This document shows, piece after piece, positions 1 to 6,716 of a DNA stretch of 12,920 nucleotides. This DNA is from Nitrospinota bacterium. Its GTDB lineage: Bacteria > UBA8248. The notes under the pieces were generated by a model, which worked only from the letters and a program-made list of their open reading frames with translations, did no database searches and had not been told where the DNA came from. The stretch lies in contig JASLZZ010000049.1 of assembly GCA_030754595.1 (NCBI GenBank), forward strand, positions 1-12,920, read 5' to 3'. Made by a program: the position numbers and the translations under genes. Position 1 is the stretch's first letter; every line of letters starts with the position of its first letter.

Positions 1-1
1 G

Positions 2-112
2 AAGGGGACGGAAATCCTCGAACGAAACTATCTGGCTCAAACACTCAAGCGGATCGCCTCCATCACTCAAAAGCGCATACCGGGCATCAAGGTCGAAAAA
101 TCCTGGCTGTGA
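2..112 (+). CDS. 3' end of an unidentified CDS entering from the left edge
   Basis: Frame 2 is open from the window start: KGTEILERNYLAQTLKRIASITQKRIPGIKVEKSWL*, TGA at 110-112, followed by a hairpin. Family not recognised. Confidence 0.45.
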   Translation, partial: KGTEILERNYLAQTLKRIASITQKRIPGIKVEKSWL

Positions 113-123
113 GGTCATCATCT

Positions 124-143
124 ATCCTCCGGGGCGGGAGGAT
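124..143. terminator. Possible terminator hairpin between convergent ORFs
   Basis: Stem ATCCTCC (124-130) / GGAGGAT (137-143), 6-nt loop, between stops at 112 (+) and 145 (-). U-tract is poor. Confidence 0.35.
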
Positions 144-144
144 T

Positions 145-375
145 CTATTGGTTCACATCAGAGATGAAATAGGGGAGGTTTTTAGAGGTGCCCTTAAATG
201 TCTTTCGCCATGACATAGGAGGTAAGGTACAAATATTGTCTCTATTAACAAAAGCGCATACTCCCGGCATTCTGTTTTTTGAGCAAAAGTCCGGGTTTGA
301 GTGGCGACATCCCAATGTTTGAATCACTGAATCTTCCGTACATAAAAGTCTATATTGGTCTGTCGTTTTCGCCAT
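145..375 (-). CDS. Small Cys-rich hypothetical protein (76 aa)
   Basis: ATG at 375. Core QTLGCRHSNPDFCSKNRMPGVCAFVNRDNICTLPPMSW has four Cys and a Trp, suggestive of a metal-binding mini-domain. AT-rich DNA (~40% GC by rough count). Confidence 0.6.
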   Translation of the reverse strand: MAKTTDQYRLLCTEDSVIQTLGCRHSNPDFCSKNRMPGVCAFVNRDNICTLPPMSWRKTFKGTSKNLPYFISDVNQ

Positions 376-383
376 GGAATGCC

Positions 384-601
384 CTAACACAGCCTCTGTT
401 GTGTAAACTCTTGACCTCCCCCTGATAATTTACCATTTCCTATGAGAGAATCATATTGTAAACGATATTCTGTGTGACCTATATGTTTCCTGTGTTCTTG
501 GTATGCCCCATCATCTGTAAGTCCAGCGACATAGTCCTTGGCAAGAACTAATTTCCATACGGGGAGCATGTAATTATCACCTTGAGATTCTAAATCTGCG
601 C
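384..601 (-). pseudogene. IS-truncated C-terminal remnant, possibly a dGTPase/dNTP triphosphohydrolase
   Basis: Frame is open from the IS-A boundary to the stop at 384. LVLAKDYVAGLTDDGAYQEHRK resembles the dGTPase C-terminal motif (DYI[SA]GMTDxYA). The N-terminal part is absent from the window. Confidence 0.4.
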
Positions 602-1714
602 GGCGTTGGTGCATGAATCGGCGTCGGCCCCACGCTAGCATTGGCTATGGCTCCCGATCAATCATGGAGTCTGAGGGGATGATGCTATGGCCGCAGGGAA
701 GTCGAGCCGAGTCAATCGCAAGTACAAGACGAAGTACAGAATCCGGAACTGGAGGGAGTACGAGCGTGGCCTCAGGAGCCGCGGCGATGTCACTATCTGG
801 CTGAGCGAGGAGGCGATCGCCGCGTGGACACCACCGAGGAACGGTCTCCGCGGAGGCCAGCGAAAGTACTCGAACCTCGCGATCTTGACCGCCTTGACGC
901 TGCGGGTCCTCTTCCGCTTGCCGCTTCGCCAGACCGAAGGTTTCCTGGACTCGTTGCTTGGCTTGATGGGCCTGGGCTTCAAGGCCCCGGACCACACCAC
1001 ACTCTCGCGCCGGAACCAGACCGTTGAGGTGCCGCCCCTGACACGAATCCACGATAGCCCGATCTCCTTGATCGTCGATTCCACGGGGCTCAAGATCCTG
1101 GGGTCCGGCGAGTGGAACGTGCACAAGTACAAGGCGTCGAGGAAACGCCGGGACTGGCGGAAGCTGCACATCGGAGTGGATGAGGAGGGATTCATCGTGG
1201 CGGCCAAGCTAACGGCGAGCAGCAGGGACGATGCCTCCATCCTCCTTGATCTCCTCGGCCAGATTGAGGCTCCAATCCGCCGTTTTGCGGCGGACGGGGC
1301 CTATGACCGCAGATCGATTTACGATCGGGTTGGCGCGGCCGGCACAGAGGACGTCGTGATCGTGATTCCTCCTCGTCCCTCTGCGGTGTCCCCGAGGCCC
1401 ACGGACGGTCCGTGGGCGCAGCGAGAAGCGGCTCTTCAGAGGATTCGTCAGGCTGGACGGCGAGAGTGGTTAAACGAGTCGGGCTATCGACAGCAGGCGC
1501 GCGTGGAGAACGGGTTCTTCCGGTACAAGTCAGTACTCGGAGGCGGCCTGAAGGCGAGGAACAACATCGCGCAGACGAGAGAGGCCATGATCGGGTGCCG
1601 CATCCTCAACCGGATGGCCGAGCTCGGCAGGCAACAATCCTACGCCGTGGTGTCGTGAGGGAGGGCTGGGAAAGCGCCCCAAATCGCGCCGGAGTCGAAT
1701 CGTGCAACAATGCC
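602..1714 (+). mobile_element. IS-A: IS5 family, IS903 group insertion sequence (1113 bp)
   Basis: Left IR GGCGTTGGTGCATGAATCG (602-620). Right IR read inward GGCATTGTTGCACGATTCG (1714-1696). 15/19 match, resembling IS903 ends (GGCTTTGTTG...). One transposase ORF. Flanks AATCTGCGC / AAGCGGATG are not a direct repeat. Confidence 0.93.
687..1658 (+). CDS. IS5 family (IS903 group) DDE transposase, apparently intact, 323 aa
   Basis: YRIRNWREYERGLRSRGDVTIW N-terminus, LPLRQTEG, PDHTTLSRR, catalytic IVDSTG, ADGAYD and RVENGFFRYK, WRKLHIGVD. RBS GAGGGG upstream of the ATG. Confidence 0.95.
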   Translation: MAAGKSSRVNRKYKTKYRIRNWREYERGLRSRGDVTIWLSEEAIAAWTPPRNGLRGGQRKYSNLAILTALTLRVLFRLPLRQTEGFLDSLLGLMGLGFKAPDHTTLSRRNQTVEVPPLTRIHDSPISLIVDSTGLKILGSGEWNVHKYKASRKRRDWRKLHIGVDEEGFIVAAKLTASSRDDASILLDLLGQIEAPIRRFAADGAYDRRSIYDRVGAAGTEDVVIVIPPRPSAVSPRPTDGPWAQREAALQRIRQAGRREWLNESGYRQQARVENGFFRYKSVLGGGLKARNNIAQTREAMIGCRILNRMAELGRQQSYAVVS

Positions 1715-1723
1715 AAGCGGATG
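1715..1723 (+). repeat. 9-bp target-site duplication, copy 1 (AAGCGGATG)
   Basis: Immediately follows the IS-A right IR. Exact reverse complement at 1948-1956. Confidence 0.9.
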
Positions 1724-1892
1724 CACTCGGCAGAGTCTCGCGGAGAATGCCTTCTCACTATTCAAGGCGCTGTTTGGCGGGCTCCTGTCCGCCCCAAGAC
1801 CTGATAATCAGTATGTGGAAGTAATGGTGAAATGTGCTGCGCTAAACCGAATGACGGGCATTGGGATGCCTGATTCCGTCCGGATCCGGTAA
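1715..1892 (+). pseudogene. Inverted C-terminal fragment of the IS-B transposase
   Basis: SGCTRQSLAENAFSLFKALFGGLLSAPRPDNQYVEVMVKCAALNRMTGIGMPDSVRIR* is a typical IS903-group C-terminus containing the catalytic Glu. It joins in frame to the minus-strand fragment ending EWRVSSG. Confidence 0.92.
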
Positions 1893-1947
1893 CGAATGGG
1901 TAAAGATGGGGCGGAGCGGCCCACAGTTGGAATTGCGCAACAAGGCC

Positions 1948-1956
1948 CATCCGCTT
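1948..1956 (-). repeat. 9-bp target-site duplication, copy 2 (CATCCGCTT = rc of AAGCGGATG)
   Basis: Immediately follows the IS-B right IR ending at 1947. Confidence 0.9.
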
Positions 1957-2717
1957 GATACTCGCCATTCGTAGCGGCCATACATCCTTACGTGCCGTAG
2001 GTTCTTATTTCGCATCCGGGAAGATGGGCCTGCGTTTCGCTCCCAGGGAATCGCATTCCGGCGAGGTGGAATGGTAGCCAGGGCGCCCCGTCCATAGATG
2101 GTTTCGTAGCATGCCCTCGTATCATACGCCCCGTCATCAGAGACTTGACGCACCCGACCCGGGACCTGCTCGAGCAATTTCGGCAACATTAGACTCTCGT
2201 GAACGCTACTTGCCGTAACTTCCGCGGCCACAATCTCCTTCGTTGTATCGTCGACACCCAGATGCAGCTTACGCCAGGCTCTGCGCCGACCGGGCCTGTG
2301 CTTTTGAACGTGCCACTCCCCTGCTCCGTAAACCTTGAGCCCGGTCGCGTCAATAACGACGTGTCTGACTCGTTTACGAGTGGGCAGCGATACGGCGAGT
2401 GAGCCTTGCCGTCGGCTCACAGTACTGTAGTCGGGAACCGGGAGGTCGAGCTTCATTAGCTCGACCACGGAGCCGAGGAAGCCCTGCGTCGCCCGGAGGC
2501 TGAGATGGAATACGGACTTTAGTACTAGAGCACACTGAATCGCGGTGTCCGAGTATATCCTGGGTGTGCCTGCTCCGCTGCGCAGCTCCGTATTTCTCCA
2601 CCCCGCGATGGCGGCTTCATCGAACCAGAACGTTAGTCGACCTCTCGATACGAGAGCTCGGTTGTAATCGTGCCAATTTCGGACACGATACCGGAACACA
2701 TAGTCGTTTTTTGTCAT
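1948..2717 (-). pseudogene. N-terminal ~256 codons of the IS-B transposase
   Basis: MTKNDYVFRYRVRNWHDYNRALVSRGRLTFW, LSLRATQG, PDYSTVSRR, VIDATG, WRKLHLGVD, DGAYD, IPPRRNA. Homology stops at EWRVSSG and the frame then reads into its own inverted right IR, stopping at 1842. Confidence 0.92.
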
Positions 2718-2768
2718 GGACCTATCGTACCGGTCCAGCAATTATTTTGGAATTCTGCAACAACGCCG

Positions 2769-3542
2769 CTACTCCCACAAAAGCCGGGCGGCCGTGAAGG
2801 CGGCCAGGGCGAGGAGGATCATGTTAAACGCTTTTTGCGAGATATGGTCGAGCAGTTTTTTGCCGAGCCAGCCGCCTGCGAAAGCGATGGGAATCATCGC
2901 GAGAGCCGCTAAAAAAATCGTCCAATTCACTAGCCCACCGATGAAGTAGAAGATGAGCTTCACCGGATTCACAAAGAGCAAGGTGAGGAGAAAGGTGGCG
3001 ACGAGCTGAACCTTCTGTACCCCTTGGCTCAAGAGGTAGAGGCTCAGGACAATTCCGCCCGAGTGTGTGAGAGCGCTGACCGTGCCGCCCACGACGCCGA
3101 TTCCGAGCCCGGTGCCTTTGCTGATGTCGGGGGCCGGAGATTCGCCGCGAATCTCGTTCCAGGCCTGATAGAGGACGAAAACCAGGCAGCCGGCCCCGAT
3201 CGATTTTCGAACCCAATAGTCGGGAAGCTGGATAAGGAAAAAAGTCCCAATACCGATACCGATGTAGTAGCCTGGGATGACAATTTTGGCGAGTCCCCAT
3301 TCCCACTTCTTCCAGAACATACGGATGATCGCATAATCGGACAAGAATAAATTGACGGCGATGAGCCCCATGACGAAGCGAGTGGGCCAGACGACAATCA
3401 ACATCGGCACCAGGACCAGTCCGATGCCCAGGCTGAGCGTGGACTTGAAGAAACCGACGCCGAACGCGCCCAACGCGATGGCTGTGAGGTTGAAATAAGA
3501 TAATTCCACGAAAAAATCCTGAAGATTGCGAAATGCGTTCAT
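2769..3542 (-). CDS. Sulfite exporter TauE/SafE family membrane protein
   Basis: 257 aa, about 8 hydrophobic segments, two-repeat pattern GFFKSTLSLGIGLVLVPML ... GVVGGTVSALTHSGGIVLSLYL, and C-terminal GGWLGKKLLDHISQKAFN typical of TSUP proteins. Confidence 0.85.
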   Translation of the reverse strand: MNAFRNLQDFFVELSYFNLTAIALGAFGVGFFKSTLSLGIGLVLVPMLIVVWPTRFVMGLIAVNLFLSDYAIIRMFWKKWEWGLAKIVIPGYYIGIGIGTFFLIQLPDYWVRKSIGAGCLVFVLYQAWNEIRGESPAPDISKGTGLGIGVVGGTVSALTHSGGIVLSLYLLSQGVQKVQLVATFLLTLLFVNPVKLIFYFIGGLVNWTIFLAALAMIPIAFAGGWLGKKLLDHISQKAFNMILLALAAFTAARLLWE

Positions 3543-3581
3543 GAATCACTGGAAACGAATGCCTTGTGCTCCGCAAAAAAC

Positions 3582-4373
3582 TTAAAACGCTTCCACCACC
3601 GCCTGCGGCTGGGAGGGGCCGCCTCCATGGCAGCTAGATAGAAGCATCACGGAGTATTTATAGCCCTCCCCGTTGTAGAACGTCTGAGAGTATTCGAGGG
3701 GCGCTCCAGAGGCGTCCTCAAGGAAGGTCTCCACGTACATCACCGCTGAGCCGGCCTCAACTCCCAGATGAGCGGAAATCTCGCTGTCGGCGATGCGCGC
3801 CTGAATCTCTTGCCGGATATTTCCGAGAGCGATTCCGAGACGTTCTTGCAAAATGGTGATCATGGGAAGGCGATGAAGGTCCGACTGATCGATCCGCTTC
3901 GATACCGCCTCCGGCAAATAGTTCACAACATAAGAGAAGGGCACCCCACCAATATCGCGGAGCCGCTGAATCTGGAAGAGTTCCATATTTTCTTTCAGTC
4001 CGAAATAGGCCGCCACCGAATTAGGGGCGCGGACATCGGTAGACGAAAGAACCGTCAGTTTTCCCCTGAGCCCGCGTGTCATGTAGTCCTCGATGAAGCC
4101 GGTAAGCTTTGGAGATTTATTTGAAGGGAGGGGTTCGGCAACAAAGGTTCCCCGCCCGGGGGTGCGCTCGATGAGGTTCTTCTCGGCGAGGATGCTCAGC
4201 GCCTGACGGACAGGCACCCGGCTTACCCCAAAGCGCTTTGCAAGGGCATGCTCGTTGGGGAGTTGAGTGCCGGCAGGAAGCTGGCCTTCATCGATCCAGC
4301 GGAGAAACAAAGTATATATCTGTTTATAATATGGGACATTACGGCTGGTAAGTGGAGTAACGCGCCCGTCCAT
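3582..4373 (-). CDS. GntR family transcriptional regulator, HutC/UTRA subfamily
   Basis: wHTH PYYKQIY...LPAGTQLPNEHALAKRFGVSRVPVRQAL...GRGTFV. UTRA domain IQRLRDIGGVPFSYVVNYLP...PLEYSQTFYNGEGY. Start is ATG 4373 or TTG 4376, with GGAG upstream. Confidence 0.93.
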   Translation of the reverse strand: MDGRVTPLTSRNVPYYKQIYTLFLRWIDEGQLPAGTQLPNEHALAKRFGVSRVPVRQALSILAEKNLIERTPGRGTFVAEPLPSNKSPKLTGFIEDYMTRGLRGKLTVLSSTDVRAPNSVAAYFGLKENMELFQIQRLRDIGGVPFSYVVNYLPEAVSKRIDQSDLHRLPMITILQERLGIALGNIRQEIQARIADSEISAHLGVEAGSAVMYVETFLEDASGAPLEYSQTFYNGEGYKYSVMLLSSCHGGGPSQPQAVVEAF

Positions 4374-4413
4374 CAAAAAACAGCTCCCTGAGTCCGGCGG
4401 ATGATCAAAGGGG

Positions 4414-4442
4414 TTGCTAAATCCCCAATAAAATTATATTGT
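4414..4442 (+). promoter_or_regulatory. Candidate sigma70 promoter for the catabolic genes
   Basis: TTGCTA (4414-4419) - 17 nt - TATTGT (4437-4442) in the AT-rich divergent intergenic region. Confidence 0.45.
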
Positions 4443-4453
4443 TATATCAATAT
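4436..4453. promoter_or_regulatory. Candidate GntR/HutC operator palindrome
   Basis: ATATTGTTATATCAATAT is 16/18 self-complementary around a TATA core and resembles HutC-type GT-N-TA-N-AC sites. It overlaps the candidate -10. Confidence 0.65.
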
Positions 4454-4530
4454 TACAAATGTCGGGAAAGGTCAAATTGTCTCACGGTCTATTTACCGAA
4501 TTGGCATTGCCGAGAGGGGAGGTCTGAACG

Positions 4531-5766
4531 ATGGTAAAGATGGCATCTAAATTGAGTTTCGGTCCTTTAATGGCTGACTGGCAGGAGCGCGTAAACATCC
4601 CCCGCTTGCGGGAGGAGCGGGCGGAGCGCGCCCGCCGGATCATGAAGAAACACGGGATTTCCGCGATCCTGGCCAGCGAACTCCCTTCCATTCGATACTT
4701 GACGGGGCTGCGGGTCGCTCCTTTACACCAGACCACCTATCTTCTCTTCTTCGCCGAGCACGATCCCGTGATGTTCGCCCACGCCGGCTGGTATCAACAG
4801 ATGCCCGAGGATGCGCCCTGGATCAAAAACTGGCGCATCGCCCGCGCATGGTTCTCGGGCATCGCGGGTCCCGGAGCCACCAGTCAAGAAACCAAGTTGT
4901 TCGCCACGGAGATCTATCAGGAACTGAAAGAAAGGGGACTGGAAAAGGAGAAGCTGGCTGTCATCGCCATCGACGATCTGGGCAAGGAGGCGCTGAAAAA
5001 GGAGGGTCTGAATCTCGTCCCGGGCTGGCCGATGATGTTGGAGATGCGGACCATCAAAACCCAGGACGAGATCACTTGCTTTAAGATAGTGGCATCCATG
5101 TGCAGCGCGGCATATCAACGGGTCTGGGAAGGGTTGCGCCCCGGGATCACCGACATAGACGTCACCCGCCTCGCCAGGAATGCCCTCTACGATGTCGGGT
5201 CCGATGCCCCCTGGGTCGCCACAAGGTCGGGGCCCGTTTCCTTCGAGCGCGCCTTCTACGACACGGGCCGGATAATCGAACCCGGCGACCTCCTGTACGT
5301 CCATTTATGCAGGACCCAGTTTATGGGTTACTGCGCCTGTATCTACCGGACCTTTCTCGCGGGCCGCCAGCCTACCGACAAGGAGCGCGGCTGGTATAAC
5401 AAACTGCGGGATCGCCTTGACGGTGTCATCGATGCCATCAAACCCGGCGCCACCACCGCCGACGCCGCGAAACACTTCCCGCCGGCAAGCTCTTGGGGCT
5501 ACAAGGACGAGGCGGAGGTGTTCACGGTGGAATACGGCCATGGGATCGGCTTGTCCGAGCTCTACGATCCGCCCATCATCAACCGAATGTGGTCCTTCGA
5601 CCATCCCCAGGAGATTCAACCGGGAATGGTCATCGCCGTCGAAAGCCTAGAGGGAGAACACCGCGTCGGGGGCGTGCGCCTAGAGAACATGCTCGTGGTG
5701 ACCGAGACGGGCACCGAGATAATAGACCATTTCCCGAGGGATGAGATCCTGGTGGCTGGCATCTAA
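4531..5766 (+). CDS. M24 family (Xaa-Pro peptidase/creatinase/DddP fold) enzyme with atypical metal ligands
   Basis: Creatinase-like N-domain (RLREERAERARRIMKKHG...IRYLTG), MRTIKTQDEI, GYCACIYRTF, YGHGIG, IQPGMVIAVES, GGVRLENMLVVTETG. RBS GGAGG at 4517-4521. Confidence 0.9.
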   Translation: MVKMASKLSFGPLMADWQERVNIPRLREERAERARRIMKKHGISAILASELPSIRYLTGLRVAPLHQTTYLLFFAEHDPVMFAHAGWYQQMPEDAPWIKNWRIARAWFSGIAGPGATSQETKLFATEIYQELKERGLEKEKLAVIAIDDLGKEALKKEGLNLVPGWPMMLEMRTIKTQDEITCFKIVASMCSAAYQRVWEGLRPGITDIDVTRLARNALYDVGSDAPWVATRSGPVSFERAFYDTGRIIEPGDLLYVHLCRTQFMGYCACIYRTFLAGRQPTDKERGWYNKLRDRLDGVIDAIKPGATTADAAKHFPPASSWGYKDEAEVFTVEYGHGIGLSELYDPPIINRMWSFDHPQEIQPGMVIAVESLEGEHRVGGVRLENMLVVTETGTEIIDHFPRDEILVAGI

Positions 5767-5948
5767 GACCGGCACTTGATCCCGCGGACAAGATAATGTG
5801 GCTTGGAGGAAAGGCGGCAAAGTCACCAGCCTTGCAGGGGATCGCACACGGCTCCATGCGTGGGCTCAATTGTCGTTTCCTTGTCTCTTAAGAATATTTT
5901 CGTCATTGCCACATGGCTGAACTTTCTCGCTATTGGGGGAACCATTCG

Positions 5949-6716
5949 ATGAGCCTCGTCCTCTATGAAGTCAACGACAAAATCGCCACAATCACCCTGA
6001 ACCGTCCGGACAAGCTGAACGCCTACAACGAGGAGATGGTCGGCGAGCTTTACGAGACATGGCAGCGGTTTGCAAAAGATCCCGATGCCTGGACGGCTAT
6101 CATCACCGGATCGGGTCGGGCGTTTTGCTCCGGCCACGACATGAAGGTCCTGGTCGAGGGCGGGGAGACCCAGTACAAGGACCACGACTCCCCCACACTT
6201 TGGTACGGGGAGGTGGAAATCTACAAGCCCATCATAGCTGCCGTGAACGGCTACGCCTTCGGGGGGGGCTGCTCGCTGTCCCTTGGCTGCGACATCCGGA
6301 TCGCCTCGGAGGACGCCGTGTTCGCCTACCCCCAGCCCAAGTACGGAGTGATGAGCCTGGGTGGGCACCAACGCCTGCCCAAGCTGATCCCGCCGGGAAT
6401 CGCCATGGAGTTCATGCTGACGGCACGGAACATCACCGCTGAGGAGGCCGCCCGGTGGGGCATGGTGAACAAGGTGGTACCCAAGGACCGGCTCATGGAC
6501 GAGGCGAGAGAGATGGCCCACCTCATCAACCAGAACGCCCCCCTCGCCGTGCGGCACACGAAGGAGGCGCTCCTCAAAGGTCTTCGGACACCGGACGTGC
6601 GCGAAGGCATCAACATGGCCAAGCTCGTCAGCTACCGCCTTCAAACCTCGGACGACAGCAGAGAGGGGCTCGCCGCTTTTACCGAGAAGCGCAAGGCCTC
6701 CTGGAATGCCCGCTAA
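5949..6716 (+). CDS. Enoyl-CoA hydratase/isomerase (crotonase) superfamily protein
   Basis: ITLNRPDKLNA, AFCSGHD, KPIIAAVNGYAFGGG, LGCDIRIA, DSREGLAAFTEKRK. Start chosen at ATG 5949 after GGGGGA (255 aa). Confidence 0.93.
   Translation: MSLVLYEVNDKIATITLNRPDKLNAYNEEMVGELYETWQRFAKDPDAWTAIITGSGRAFCSGHDMKVLVEGGETQYKDHDSPTLWYGEVEIYKPIIAAVNGYAFGGGCSLSLGCDIRIASEDAVFAYPQPKYGVMSLGGHQRLPKLIPPGIAMEFMLTARNITAEEAARWGMVNKVVPKDRLMDEAREMAHLINQNAPLAVRHTKEALLKGLRTPDVREGINMAKLVSYRLQTSDDSREGLAAFTEKRKASWNAR

Larger units (their letters stand above)
1715..2767. mobile_element. IS-B: second, distinct IS903-group element, internally rearranged (1044 bp when reconstructed)
   Basis: Terminal repeats ttggaattgcgcaacaaggcc (1927-1947) and ttggaattctgcaacaacgcc (2747-2767) match 18/21. 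They are now in direct orientation because 1715-1947 is inverted. Confidence 0.92.

Noticed and set aside
45..54. TCAAGCGGAT matching the IS-B target site
   Set aside because: No IS end is adjacent, and a 10-bp match in 13 kb is plausibly chance.
645..1240. Two long antisense ORFs (174 and 192 aa) inside IS-A
   Set aside because: Shadow frames of a GC-rich transposase gene, with no recognisable motifs.
1842..2741. 299-aa ORF as an intact transposase
   Set aside because: The last ~35 aa come from reading into the inverted segment. The catalytic Glu lies on the opposite strand within 1715-1892.
4531..5766. Call as dddP, pepP or creatinase
   Set aside because: The fold matches but the Asp ligands are replaced, so no gene symbol is supportable.
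6261..6268. G8 tract as a phase-variation switch
   Set aside because: It encodes the conserved GGG motif of crotonases and the frame is intact.
6455..6715. N-terminal extension making the ligase 616 aa
   Set aside because: It overlaps the crotonase out of frame. The TAATG coupling supports a start at 6716.
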